This document shows, piece after piece, positions 34,585 to 45,656 of a DNA stretch of 64,000 nucleotides (position 1 is the stretch's first letter; each line of letters begins with the position of its first letter). The stretch comes from an uncultured delta proteobacterium. Lineage in GTDB: Bacteria; Myxococcota_A; Polyangia; Palsa-1104. A program made the translations under genes and the position numbers. Location of the stretch: positions 32,001-96,000 of the forward strand of contig CAWAWS010000009.1 of NCBI GenBank assembly GCA_963785725.1. The letters are read 5' to 3'. The notes below the pieces were generated by a model that worked only from the letters and a program-made list of their open reading frames with translations, was not told the DNA's origin and did not search any database.

Positions 34585-34803
34585 GTGGATAACTTGCTCG
34601 GCCGCCCTCTCGAAGTCGAAGTTCGCGATAGCCTTGAGAAGGCGATGAAGATCTTGAAGCAGAAAATGTCGAAGGAAGGCATTTTGCAAGAGGTCAAGCG
34701 GCGTCGGTTCTACGAGAAGCCCAGCGTGAAGCGGAAGCGCAAGATGCGTGAAGCCCGCAAGCGTCGCCGTCGTGAGGCGAAGCGTCGCGGCGGCGGGAAA
34801 TAG
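34585..34803 (+). CDS. rpsU: 30S ribosomal protein S21
   Basis: LEKAMKILKQKMSKEGILQEVKRRRFYEKPSVKRKRK. Confidence 0.95.
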   Translation: MDNLLGRPLEVEVRDSLEKAMKILKQKMSKEGILQEVKRRRFYEKPSVKRKRKMREARKRRRREAKRRGGGK

Positions 34804-34866
34804 TTTCTCAGCTTTTGCCGTAACGCACCGGCTCTTCGTTCGTTTCGATTCATCCTCATAAAGACG

Positions 34867-34902
34867 GGCCGCCCGATTCAGTCGCGGGCGGCCTTTTCTT
34901 TT
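34867..34902 (+). terminator. Rho-independent terminator after rpsU
   Basis: GGCCGCCCG-N9-CGGGCGGCC followed by TTTTCTTTT. Confidence 0.8.
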
Positions 34903-34928
34903 GTGCGCTTTTTAGCAAAGCTGCGCAC

Positions 34929-36110
34929 ATGAGCTCTCACACGAAGACGACGACCGCGACGCGCTGCGCCCACGCCGGTCACGACGCGGCCGGGCTGCCG
35001 AGCAACGTCACGACGCACGCGCCGCCGATCTATCAGACCTCGGGCTTCGAATATCCGTCGCATGTCGAGGCCGACGCGGCCGCCGACGGCAAGCTGCCGC
35101 TGTACACGCGCGACGGCAATCCCACCGACGAGCGGCTGGCGCGCGCGCTGGCCGATCTCGAAGGCGCCGAGGCCGGCTGCGTGTTCTCGTCGGGGATGGC
35201 CGCGATCGCGACGGCGCTGGAGGCGTATGTCGGCGTCGGCGGGCACATCGTGTCGGTCGACGGGATCTACGGCGGCACCTACGAGCTCATCGCGGCGCTG
35301 CTGCCGCGGTTCGGCGTGACGCATACGATGGTGGCCGAGCCGAAGCCGGAGGCGATCGCGGCGGCGATTCGGCCGGAGACGAAGGTCGTGCACCTCGAGT
35401 CGATCTCGAATCCGCTCTTGCGCGTGGCCGATCTCGATGGCGTGGCGGCGGTTTGCAAGGCCAAGGGCATTCCGCTCACTGTCGACGCGACGTTCGCGAC
35501 GCCGCTCTTGCAGCGGCCGATCGAGCGCGGCGCGACGTTGTCGGTGCACTCGGCGACGAAGTACATCGGCGGGCACGGCGACATCATCCTCGGCGTCGTC
35601 GCGGGCGCCCAAGAGGCGATCGACAAGGTGCGCAAGCTACGCAAGCTGCACGGATCGACGCCCGACCCGTTCGCGGCCTGGCTGGCGCTGCGCGGGCTGC
35701 GGACGATGGCCTTGCGCGTCGACCGGCAGACGGCGTCGGCGCTGCAGATCGCGCGGGCGCTGGTGGAGATGCCGGGCGTCGAGCGCGTGCACCATCCGTC
35801 GCTGCCGTCGCATCCCGATCACGCGCTGGCCAAGAAGCAGCTCGACGGCGGCGGGGCCATCGTCAGCTTCGAGGTCAAAGGCGGCTTGGAAGGCGCGCGG
35901 CGGGTCTACGATCGGCTGCGGCTGGTCGTGCGCGCGGCCAGCTTGGGCGACGTGACGTCGCTGATGACGCATCCGGCGACGTTCTCGCACAAGGGTTTGG
36001 GCGCGGCCGAGCGCCAGCGCATCGGCATCGTCGACGGACTGTTGCGGCTATCGGTGGGAATCGAGGACGCTGGGGATCTGATCGACGACTTGCGGCAGGC
36101 GCTCGCCTGA
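34929..36110 (+). CDS. PLP-dependent trans-sulfuration enzyme (methionine gamma-lyase / cystathionine gamma-synthase family)
   Basis: PPIYQTS, YTRDGNPT, FSSGMAAI, HSATKYIGGHGD, SLGDVTSL, LLRLSVGIE. Confidence 0.9.
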   Translation: MSSHTKTTTATRCAHAGHDAAGLPSNVTTHAPPIYQTSGFEYPSHVEADAAADGKLPLYTRDGNPTDERLARALADLEGAEAGCVFSSGMAAIATALEAYVGVGGHIVSVDGIYGGTYELIAALLPRFGVTHTMVAEPKPEAIAAAIRPETKVVHLESISNPLLRVADLDGVAAVCKAKGIPLTVDATFATPLLQRPIERGATLSVHSATKYIGGHGDIILGVVAGAQEAIDKVRKLRKLHGSTPDPFAAWLALRGLRTMALRVDRQTASALQIARALVEMPGVERVHHPSLPSHPDHALAKKQLDGGGAIVSFEVKGGLEGARRVYDRLRLVVRAASLGDVTSLMTHPATFSHKGLGAAERQRIGIVDGLLRLSVGIEDAGDLIDDLRQALA

Positions 36111-36884
36111 ACGGGCGCGATCGGCGAGGCGCGCCAACACGCCGTCGATGAGCTTCTCGAAGTCGGCGCGACCACGGCCGGTCGTGCCCTCGAACTCGTA
36201 GATCGTCTTGCGGTGCGACGGCGCGGCCTTGTGGCGCGTGTTGACGCGAATCGGGCTCTCGAAGATGGCGTCGCCGAACTGACGGCGCAGGATCTTCTCG
36301 ACCTCGACGGTGATGCGCTCGCGCTTGTCGTACATCGTCAACAAGTAGCCGAGCACTTCGCAGCGCGCGCCGAGGCGTTGCCGGATGCGCGCCAGCGTCT
36401 CGCCGAACAGCTTGAGGCCCAAGATCGGTAGGTATTCGCAGCTCACCGGCACGATGATGTGCTCGGCAGCGACCAGCGCGTTGTAGGTCAAGAGGCCGAG
36501 ATAGGGCGCCGTGTCGACGACGATGTAGTCGACCTTGTCGGTCACCGTCGAGAGGCAGCGCTGCAGGACCTGCTCGCGCGCCATCGCCGTCGCCAAGTGG
36601 ATGTCGACCGCGGCCAACGTCTCGCCCGCCGGCGCGACGAACAGGTTCTCGGTCTTCGTCTCACGAACGACGTGCTCGATCTGCCGCTCGTGGATGAGGC
36701 ATTCGGCGACCGACGCGTCGCCCTCCTTGAGCTTGACGCCGAGCGTGGCCGTCGCCGAGCCCTGGATGTCGAGGTCGAGGAGCAGCGTCTTGTGGCCACG
36801 GCGCGCCAGGCCCGCGGCGAGGTTGACCGCCGTCGTCGTCTTGCCCACGCCGCCCTTTTGATTCGCGATGCACAGAATCGACAT
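36048..36884 (-). CDS. ParA/Soj family ATPase (orphan)
   Basis: Deviant Walker A NQKGGVGKTT, DLDIQGSAT, DYIVVDTAPYLG. Confidence 0.9.
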   Translation of the reverse strand: MSILCIANQKGGVGKTTTAVNLAAGLARRGHKTLLLDLDIQGSATATLGVKLKEGDASVAECLIHERQIEHVVRETKTENLFVAPAGETLAAVDIHLATAMAREQVLQRCLSTVTDKVDYIVVDTAPYLGLLTYNALVAAEHIIVPVSCEYLPILGLKLFGETLARIRQRLGARCEVLGYLLTMYDKRERITVEVEKILRRQFGDAIFESPIRVNTRHKAAPSHRKTIYEFEGTTGRGRADFEKLIDGVLARLADRARSGERLPQVVDQIPSVLDSHR

Positions 36885-36950
36885 GCCTCGACGCTACGGC
36901 CGACCGATCGCGCGAGCAAATTTTTGCGTCTCACGTGATATGTTGCCGCC

Positions 36951-37811
36951 GTGTCACGCTATGTGGAGATCGCGTTCGCGGTGACGCCGGAACGCGTGGA
37001 GAACGATATCGAGACGTTGGTCGCTTTGGGCGCGAGTGGGGTCGAGGAGCGCGATCAGACCACCTTCGACAAGGCGCCCGACGCCGGCTCGCCGCTCTTG
37101 CTCGTATGGCTGCCCGTCGAGGAGGCCAAGGACTTTCTCGTCCGTGCCGAGGCCGCCGGGCTGCCGCCGCCGTCGGATTCGGGCCGCGTGCGCCACGAAG
37201 ACGAGTGGCGCGACGTGTGGAAGAAGTTCTTCGCGCCGCGCAAAGTGGGCCGCTTCGTCATCGTGCCGAGCTGGGAGAAATACCGAGCCGGCGACGGCGA
37301 AGTCTTGATCGACATGGATCCGGGCCGCGCCTTCGGCACCGGCGGCCATCCGTCGACGCGCTTGTGCCTGGAGGCGATCTCGCGGCTCGACGACTGCGAG
37401 CGCTTCTTGGACTTGGGCTGCGGCTCGGGCGTCCTGTCGATCGCCTGCGCCAAGCTGTTCGACGGCTCGAGCGGCATCGGCGTCGACATCGATCCCGATT
37501 CGGTGGACGTCGCACGTGAAAACGTGACGCGCAACCTCGTCACCGATCGCATCTCGTGCTCGACGACGCCGATGGCCGACGTGCACGGGCCGTTCGATCT
37601 CGTGCTCGCCAACATCTTGCCCGACGTGCTGATCCCGATGGCCGACGTCATCGCCGGCAAAGTGGCGCCGGGAGGCACGCTGATCTTGTCGGGAATCTTG
37701 ATCGAGCTGGCCGACGGCGTGGAGGCGGAGTACGTGCCGCTCGGCATGCGCACGGTGGAGCACATCGACGAAGAGGGCTGGCGCGCGATCGTGATGGAAC
37801 GGCCGGCCTAG
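36951..37811 (+). CDS. prmA: Ribosomal protein L11 methyltransferase
   Basis: IVPSW, DPGRAFGTGGHPSTRLC, LDLGCGSGVLSI, DLVLANI. Confidence 0.93.
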   Translation: MSRYVEIAFAVTPERVENDIETLVALGASGVEERDQTTFDKAPDAGSPLLLVWLPVEEAKDFLVRAEAAGLPPPSDSGRVRHEDEWRDVWKKFFAPRKVGRFVIVPSWEKYRAGDGEVLIDMDPGRAFGTGGHPSTRLCLEAISRLDDCERFLDLGCGSGVLSIACAKLFDGSSGIGVDIDPDSVDVARENVTRNLVTDRISCSTTPMADVHGPFDLVLANILPDVLIPMADVIAGKVAPGGTLILSGILIELADGVEAEYVPLGMRTVEHIDEEGWRAIVMERPA

Positions 37812-37814
37812 CGA

Positions 37815-38561
37815 ATGTCGCATCGACTGTTCGTGGAGCCGGCGCGGCTGGCCGATGAGGTCGTCGTGCTCACCGACGAGGATCATCGTTATCTGACGCG
37901 GGTGTTGCGGCTCGGCGTCGGCGAAGCGGTGACCTTGTTCGACGGCAAGAGCGTCGAGGCGCTGGCGCGCATCAGCCGCGTCGGGCCGCGGGCGCTCGAG
38001 CTGCGCATCGAGGAGCGGCGGCCGGTGTTGGCCGACACGCGGCCGCAGGTGACGCTGATTCAAGGGCTGGCCAAGGGCGACAAGATCGACTTCGTCGTGC
38101 AAAAAGCGACGGAGCTCGGGATGGCGCGCTTCATTCCGGTGACGACGGCGCGCGCGGTGCAGCGGCTCGACGGCACGGCGGCGCGGGCGCTGCAGCGACG
38201 GGCGCGCTGGCAAAAGATCGCGCGCGAGGCGGCGCGGCAGTCGGGCCGGCTCGACGTGCCCGAGGTCGAAGGCGTGACGACGCTGACGACGGCGCTGCGC
38301 GCGTCACCGAAGGACTCGCTGAAGCTGATGCTGTGGGAAGGCGCGCGGCAAACGTCACTGCGGACGGAGATTCCGACGGTGGTGCCGCAGCAGATCGTCA
38401 TCGTCGTCGGTCCCGAAGGCGGATTTACCGTCGAGGAAGTGGAAGAGGCGCGCCATGACGGCTTCGTCGCGGTCGGGCTGGGGCCGCGCGTTTTGCGGAC
38501 GGAGACGGCGGCGATGGTGATGCTGGCCATCCTCGGCTACGCGGTCGGCGATCTGGGATGA
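37815..38561 (+). CDS. rsmE: 16S rRNA m3U1498 methyltransferase
   Basis: HRYLTRVLRL, VQKATELG, AARQSGR, VGPEGGF, LGPRVLRTETA. Confidence 0.95.
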   Translation: MSHRLFVEPARLADEVVVLTDEDHRYLTRVLRLGVGEAVTLFDGKSVEALARISRVGPRALELRIEERRPVLADTRPQVTLIQGLAKGDKIDFVVQKATELGMARFIPVTTARAVQRLDGTAARALQRRARWQKIAREAARQSGRLDVPEVEGVTTLTTALRASPKDSLKLMLWEGARQTSLRTEIPTVVPQQIVIVVGPEGGFTVEEVEEARHDGFVAVGLGPRVLRTETAAMVMLAILGYAVGDLG

Positions 38562-38620
38562 CACGCGAGCGCGATTGCTGGGTTGCCGGGGAGCGGCGCG
38601 GGACTAATAATAGACGTCCC

Positions 38621-39115
38621 ATGTCACCGGCTCTGCAGCAGGCGGTACCACCCTTGCGCGTGCACGTGGCCGGGTTTTGGCGCCGCCTCGCCGCCGCAGT
38701 CGTCGACGGCATGGTCCTGTCGGCAGTCGCGCTCATCTTGGGCACGGTGATGGCGCTGGTCTTGCGCCACCCGCTGCCGAAGCTGGGGCAGCTCGGGCCC
38801 GACTATCTCGTCGACGTCGCGGTCAACGGCGGGACGCTGGAAGTGGTGGCGCTGCTGCTGTTGGCGCTGCTGTCGTTCTCGTACTTCTACTTGTTCACCG
38901 TGTTGCGCGGGCAGACGTTCGGCAAGCACCTCCTGAAGGTGCGCGTCATCGACGCTTATGGTGACCGGCCTTCGGCGTGGCGCGCGTTGGTGCGGACGGC
39001 GGCCTATTTGCCGTCGCTGGCGGTGCTGGCGCTCGGCTTCGTCTGGGTGGGCTTCGATCGCGAGAAGCGCGGGCTGCACGACTGGCTCGCCGATACCTAC
39101 GTGGTGCGCGCGTGA
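38621..39115 (+). CDS. RDD family membrane protein
   Basis: AGFWRRLAAAVVD, GQTFGK, RGLHDWLADTYVV. ATG 38621 preferred over 38558. Confidence 0.88.
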   Translation: MSPALQQAVPPLRVHVAGFWRRLAAAVVDGMVLSAVALILGTVMALVLRHPLPKLGQLGPDYLVDVAVNGGTLEVVALLLLALLSFSYFYLFTVLRGQTFGKHLLKVRVIDAYGDRPSAWRALVRTAAYLPSLAVLALGFVWVGFDREKRGLHDWLADTYVVRA

Positions 39116-41709
39116 CGTCACGGCTGGCGTCGCTGTTGGTGCAGGACGGGCTCGTCAGCGCCAAGAAGATGGCCGAGGCGTTCCAGCGTCAGGTCATCTA
39201 CGGCGGCACGCTCGACACGATCTTGTTGGAGATGGATGTCGTCGACGAGCAGACGCTGCTGGAGGCGTTGGCGCGCAGCTCGTCGTTGCCGATCGCGGGC
39301 GATCTGCCGACGCCGGAGCAGCTGCAAGGGCTGAAATTGCGCGACTGGATGCCGCTGCCGATGTCGGAGCGGCATCGCGCGGTGCCGGTGGAGCTCGACG
39401 GCAACGTCATGCGCGTGCTCGTCATCGATCCGCCCGATCGCAAGCAGCTCGACGAGCTGGGCTACACGCTGTCGCTGTCGATCGAGCCCATCATCGTGCC
39501 CGAGTACCGCTTCGTGCAGGCGGTGGAGATGGTGTACGGCTCGCTGATTCCGGCGCGTTTTGCGTCGCTGGCGGCGAAGCTGGTGAAGCGCGCGGCCGAT
39601 CCCAGCCGGGCGCGGCCGAAGCCGGCGCCGGCGCCCGTGCCGGTGGCGGTGCCGGTCGCCAACACGCAGCCGTATCCCGAGCCGGTGCCCGTCGCCATCA
39701 GCGAGCCGGCGGCGGCCGTCGCGACGAAGCCGGCGGTCGAAGCGGCGCCGCCGGTCGAAGCGGCAAGCCCGCTGGTCGAGAGCGCGAAGCCGGCGGAAGC
39801 GGTGCCGGCGCCGGAGACCGAGCTCGACAGCGGGCCGACGGCGCGCGAGACGCCGGCGGCCAAGGCGCATATGGCGGCCGACGTCGTGCCGACACTGCCG
39901 GTGGCGCCGGCGCCCGAGGAGCGCCGCGTCGTCACCGACGTGCCGATGCCGGGCGCCATGCCGGCGGCGGCGCCAATCGTCGAGGCCGCGCAGCAGGCCG
40001 AGCTCGAGCAGCGCACGACGACGCGCCCGGCCGCGCCCGAGACGGCGGCCTATGCGCATGCGCCGGCGGGCGGCGTGCCGTCGCCGGCGACGCCGATGCA
40101 GGCCGACGAAGCGCGCGCGGCCATCGACGCGGCCGAAGATCGCGACGGCATCTTCGAGGCGTTGTGTCGTGGCGCGCGGGCACGGCTGCCGTTCGCGGCC
40201 ATCTTGACCGTGCACGGCGACACCGCGGCCGGACGCTTGGCGTTGGGCGCGACGTGGTTCGATCGCACGACGCTGGCGGCGGTGGCCGTGCCGCTCGACA
40301 AGCCGTCGCCGTTCCGCACCGCCAGCGTCGGACGCTCGCCCTATCTCGGCCGCATCGGCGAAGAAGAGATCGGCACGCAGCTGTTGGCGTCGCTGGGGCG
40401 TAAGCCGCCGCTGCCGGCGCTGCTCATGCCGGTCGTGCTGCGCGAGCGGGCGGTGGCGCTGTTGTACGCCGACGCCGACGGCAACGAGCTCGACGCCGAC
40501 ATCTTGGCCGAGCTGTCGACGCTGACGGCGGCGGCGGCGCGCAGCTTTCAGCGGCTGATCTTGCGGGCCAAAGGCGGCGAATATGGCCGGCCGACGGCGC
40601 CGGCGGCGAGCACGGCGGCCGGGGGCAGCAAGCTGAACACGACCGAATCCGCGGACGGCGCCGTCGCCGGCGGCTGGCATCGCCCGGATGAGCCGCACGT
40701 GCATCGGCCGACGCAGCCGCGCTTCTCGATGGCGCTCGTCAACGCGGTCAAGAACGAGCTGGCGGTCGACAAGCAGCGCGCGGTGCAGATGCCGCCGCGC
40801 GAGGATGCGGCGCCGGGCGGCGAGCTGCACGACGCGAAGACGGCGCCGCTGCCCGACGTCGAGGGCCTGGTGGCGTCGCTCGAGCGCGGCGACGAGCATG
40901 CGCAGATGAGCGGCGAGGCGCTGGTGGCGATCGGCGATCGCGCAGCGGCGGCGCTGGTGGCGCGCTTGCCGGGACCGCTCAGGCTCGATCGGCACACGCT
41001 GCGCGGCGCGACGCCGCCGCTCGGTGAGCACGGGCCGCTGTTGGCCGTCTTGGCGCGCATGGGGCGCGCGGCGCGCGATCCGCTGGTCGAGCGACTCGGC
41101 GATCCGTCGCTCGAGGTGCGCTACTACGCGACGCTGGCGTTGGGCGAGCTGAAGTCGCCCGATGTCGTGACGCCGCTCGGCTCGCGGCTCTACGATCCCG
41201 ACGCGGCCGTGCGCCGCGCGGCGGTCGATGCGCTCGCGCACTTTGGCGACTCGCCGCAGCTGCGCCGCTTGCACGAGCAGCTGCGCGGCGACCTGCCCGG
41301 GCCCGACAACGTGCGCCAGCGTTATGCGGCCGAGGCGGTGGGCGCGCTCAAAGACGTCGAGTCGGTGCCGCGCCTCGTGGAGCTGGTCAAACACAGCGAG
41401 TTCGCGGTGGTGTCGGCGGCGCGCAAGTCGCTGGTGGAGATTACGAAGCAGGATTTCGGGACGTCGCGGTGGCGTTGGCGCAGCTGGTGGGAGCGGCATC
41501 GCGACGAGCCGCGCGTCGAGTGGATGCTCGAGAGCTTGGGCCACGCCGAGCCGGAGGTGCGGCATTCGGCGGCCGAGGAGCTGCGCGGGCTGTCGCGCGA
41601 TTCGTTCGGGTATGCGTTCGATCTGCCGAAGCGCGAGCGTGAGGACGCGCGCAAGCGGTGGGTCGAGTGGTGGCGTGAGCACGGCGCGACCATGCAGGAC
41701 AAGCGGTAG
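39112..41709 (+). CDS. FrgA-like protein: MshEN/T2SSE_N domain, Pro/Ala linker, GAF-like region, HEAT repeats
   Basis: RLASLLVQDGLVS...QRQ..GGTLDTILLE N-terminus; HEAT repeats (LGDPSLEVRYYATLALG, LYDPDAAVRRAAVDAL); QDFG..RWRSWW; GTG overlaps the RDD stop. Confidence 0.65.
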   Translation: MTSRLASLLVQDGLVSAKKMAEAFQRQVIYGGTLDTILLEMDVVDEQTLLEALARSSSLPIAGDLPTPEQLQGLKLRDWMPLPMSERHRAVPVELDGNVMRVLVIDPPDRKQLDELGYTLSLSIEPIIVPEYRFVQAVEMVYGSLIPARFASLAAKLVKRAADPSRARPKPAPAPVPVAVPVANTQPYPEPVPVAISEPAAAVATKPAVEAAPPVEAASPLVESAKPAEAVPAPETELDSGPTARETPAAKAHMAADVVPTLPVAPAPEERRVVTDVPMPGAMPAAAPIVEAAQQAELEQRTTTRPAAPETAAYAHAPAGGVPSPATPMQADEARAAIDAAEDRDGIFEALCRGARARLPFAAILTVHGDTAAGRLALGATWFDRTTLAAVAVPLDKPSPFRTASVGRSPYLGRIGEEEIGTQLLASLGRKPPLPALLMPVVLRERAVALLYADADGNELDADILAELSTLTAAAARSFQRLILRAKGGEYGRPTAPAASTAAGGSKLNTTESADGAVAGGWHRPDEPHVHRPTQPRFSMALVNAVKNELAVDKQRAVQMPPREDAAPGGELHDAKTAPLPDVEGLVASLERGDEHAQMSGEALVAIGDRAAAALVARLPGPLRLDRHTLRGATPPLGEHGPLLAVLARMGRAARDPLVERLGDPSLEVRYYATLALGELKSPDVVTPLGSRLYDPDAAVRRAAVDALAHFGDSPQLRRLHEQLRGDLPGPDNVRQRYAAEAVGALKDVESVPRLVELVKHSEFAVVSAARKSLVEITKQDFGTSRWRWRSWWERHRDEPRVEWMLESLGHAEPEVRHSAAEELRGLSRDSFGYAFDLPKREREDARKRWVEWWREHGATMQDKR

Positions 41710-41882
41710 GCGGCGCGGCCGCGGCGACGGTCGGTTCTGCCGCGGCGCTCGTCGGTGGCGCGGGCGGCGGCTGTCGGGCCGGTTGGGCGGAGGGCGCCGG
41801 GTTGGCGGGCTCGCGCGGGCGGCTGTGCCCGCGTCGGCTATCGCCGACGGCCGGGTCCAGCGAGCAATCGGCCGCGCGGGCG

Positions 41883-41974
41883 CGCTCCGTCGGAGTCGGC
41901 CATCGTGTAGTCAGGCACGCCGATCGATGATTTATCGCGAGCGCACGCGCTCCGCACCCACGCGCGCCACCAAG
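41883..41974 (+). repeat. Dispersed intergenic repeat, copy 2
   Basis: Matches 8346-8436. Confidence 0.8.
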
Positions 41975-42172
41975 TCCGCACAGGCACGCAACGAGCACTG
42001 GCAGCGTCGAGGCGAAGCGGGCGAAGGTTCCTGCCGCGCGGCGCGAGGCGAAGCGGGCGGCTTGAATTTTTCGGGCGCGGCGAGCGTTCAATCGGCGCCG
42101 ATCGTGGTTCGTCGGCACTAGCAGCGACGAGAATGCGTCTTACAACTCGTCCATCGCTTAACGGAGGACTAT

Positions 42173-42781
42173 GTGAAAACGTTGCTTCTGGCTTTGCTCG
42201 TATTCGGCTGTCTCGCCGGAGTCGCGACGCCTGCGCGCGCGGATTGGGTGTGGGTCAATCGGCATCATCATTACAACCCTTACGCGCGGCCGCACTTCTA
42301 CCTCGGCATCGCGCCGGTCGCGGTCGGCATCTTGTCGGAGACGGGGCCGAACTCGTATTTGTCGTCGGGCGGCGGGTTCGATCTGTTCCTCGGCGTGCGC
42401 GCCAACAAGTGGTTCGCGCTCGAGCTCGGCTGGCAGCCGACGTTTCACAAGCCCGAGTACGACCAGTTCGGGCAGCAAGTCGATCGCATCGGGCTGCAGG
42501 CGCTCACGCTCGACGGTAAGTTCTACTTCGTGCACGGGCCGATTCAGCCTTACGTGACGGCAGGCGTGGGCGCCTATCTGCTCGGCGACAGCTTGGACGT
42601 GTTCGCCGAGGGGCCCGGCTTTCAAGTCGGCGGCGGCGTCGACTTCTGGATCGGCCCGCACTTCTCGATCGGCCTCAAACTGCAATATCGCGGCATCGAC
42701 ATGATCGACGTCGACCCGAATCGCGACGACACGTTCATCAGCATGATCACCGGCGCCGTCGATTTCGCCGTCCGCTTCTGA
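42173..42781 (+). CDS. Small outer-membrane beta-barrel protein (OmpA-TM-like)
   Basis: Signal peptide, IQPYVTAGVG, GFQVGGGVDF, C-terminal Phe; GGAGGA RBS. Confidence 0.8.
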   Translation: MKTLLLALLVFGCLAGVATPARADWVWVNRHHHYNPYARPHFYLGIAPVAVGILSETGPNSYLSSGGGFDLFLGVRANKWFALELGWQPTFHKPEYDQFGQQVDRIGLQALTLDGKFYFVHGPIQPYVTAGVGAYLLGDSLDVFAEGPGFQVGGGVDFWIGPHFSIGLKLQYRGIDMIDVDPNRDDTFISMITGAVDFAVRF

Positions 42782-42888
42782 TCTGACGTTCGCGCCCGCG
42801 CCCGCGAGGCAGGCGACCCCAACGGTCGATCCGAGCTCCGCGAGACCGCGCTCGATCCGCTCGCCGCAGAATTGGCGACTGCTCCGCC

Positions 42889-43814
42889 CTACCCCAGCGC
42901 TTCCGCCGCCATCGACGGATCGAAATTCGCCCCGCAGACCAGCACGGCCACGCGCTTGCCGGCCGTCGCCACGTGCCCGCCGGCGACCGCCGCGACCGCC
43001 GCCGCGCCCGCCGGCTCGACGAGCAGCCGCGACTCCTGCCACAGCCGCCGCATCGCCGCCCGCAGCTCGTCGTCGCTGACCAGCACGACCTCGTCGACAT
43101 AGCGCGCCGCCAACGCCAACGTGTTGGGCCCGACCGCGCGCGGCGCCAACGTCCCCGCGATCGTATCCACCCGCTCGAGCGCGACCAGCCGCCCTGCCGC
43201 CAAGCTGTCCTTCATCGCCGTCGCCCCCGTCGGCTCGACGCCGACGACGCGCACCGACGGCGCCAGCGACTTCAGCGCCAACGCCACGCCGCCGATGAGC
43301 CCACCGCCGCCGATGGCCACGACCGCAACGTCGACGCGCTGTAGCTGCTCGAGCAGCTCGACGCCGATGGTGCCCTGCCCGGCGATGACCTCGGCGTCCT
43401 CGAACGGATGCACCAACAGCGCGCCCGAATGCTGGGCGTGCTCGACGGCGACGGTCCACGCGTCGTCCCAATCGCGCCCGTGCCGCGTGACCTTCGCGCC
43501 CAGCTCGACGAGCCGCGTGGCCGTCGACTGCGGCGCGCGCTCCGGCAGATACACCATCGCCTGCGTCCCGCGCTGCTTCGCCGCCCACGCGCAGCCGAGC
43601 CCATGATTGCCGCCCGACGCCGTCACGACGCCCGCGCGCAGCGCCTCGTCCCCGACGGCAAACAGCCGATTACACGCCCCGCGCGCCTTGAACGATCCCG
43701 AATGCTGCAGCTGCTCGAGCTTGAGCCAACAATCGTCGCGCCAATGCAGGATCGGCGTCTTGCGCACGTGCGGCGCGATGCGCTCGCGCGCCGCCTGCAC
43801 GTCGGCGAGCGTGA

Positions 43815-43818
<4 letters not shown>
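42889..43818 (-). CDS. Threonine/serine dehydratase-family PLP enzyme (no regulatory domain)
   Basis: [36 protein letters not shown]. Confidence 0.88.
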
Positions 43819-45156
<1,338 letters not shown>

Positions 45157-45193
45157 TCAGCCGCTCGGGGAGTCGGCGACGCGCCGCCGCGGA

Positions 45194-45571
45194 TCAAGGA
45201 TTGAAGTCGTTGGTGACGCGGACCTTCAAGTCGATCATGCCGCCTTTGTCGCTCGGGAAGCGGCCGACGACGACGGCGCGACCGCGCGACTGCTCGACGT
45301 CGCCGTCGTATTCGAACGAATGAACGCCCGAGCGCTTGATGGTGCAGTGCAAATTGGGGCCGGCGAAGCGCAGCTGCAGCGCGATCACGTCGCCGTTGTT
45401 GCGCATCCACAGCGTCGACGGCACGCCGTCGCGCGCCACGGCGACGATGAACTCGCCGGCGTCGCTGACGGCGACGTGGACGATCGCTTCGGACGTGCTG
45501 ACGGGCTCGATGGCGTGCGCGGCGGGCGACGACAACGAAACGACGAGGGCGAGGGCGGCGAACAGGCGCAT
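45194..45571 (-). CDS. Small secreted hypothetical protein
   Basis: Signal peptide ending AHA; AGGAGG RBS. Confidence 0.65.
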   Translation of the reverse strand: MRLFAALALVVSLSSPAAHAIEPVSTSEAIVHVAVSDAGEFIVAVARDGVPSTLWMRNNGDVIALQLRFAGPNLHCTIKRSGVHSFEYDGDVEQSRGRAVVVGRFPSDKGGMIDLKVRVTNDFNP

Positions 45572-45597
45572 GGTGAATCCTCCTGAACTGCCGACAT

Positions 45598-45613
45598 AGC
45601 GAGCGCCGTGCCA
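45598..45613 (-). promoter_or_regulatory. Putative sigma54 (-24/-12) promoter
   Basis: TGGCACGGCGCTCGCT (GG-N10-GC) just upstream of the RBS of 45194-45571. Confidence 0.5.
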
Positions 45614-45656
45614 CGCGGGAATCCGCGGCGTTGCGGCGCCTGGCGCGACAATTTGG

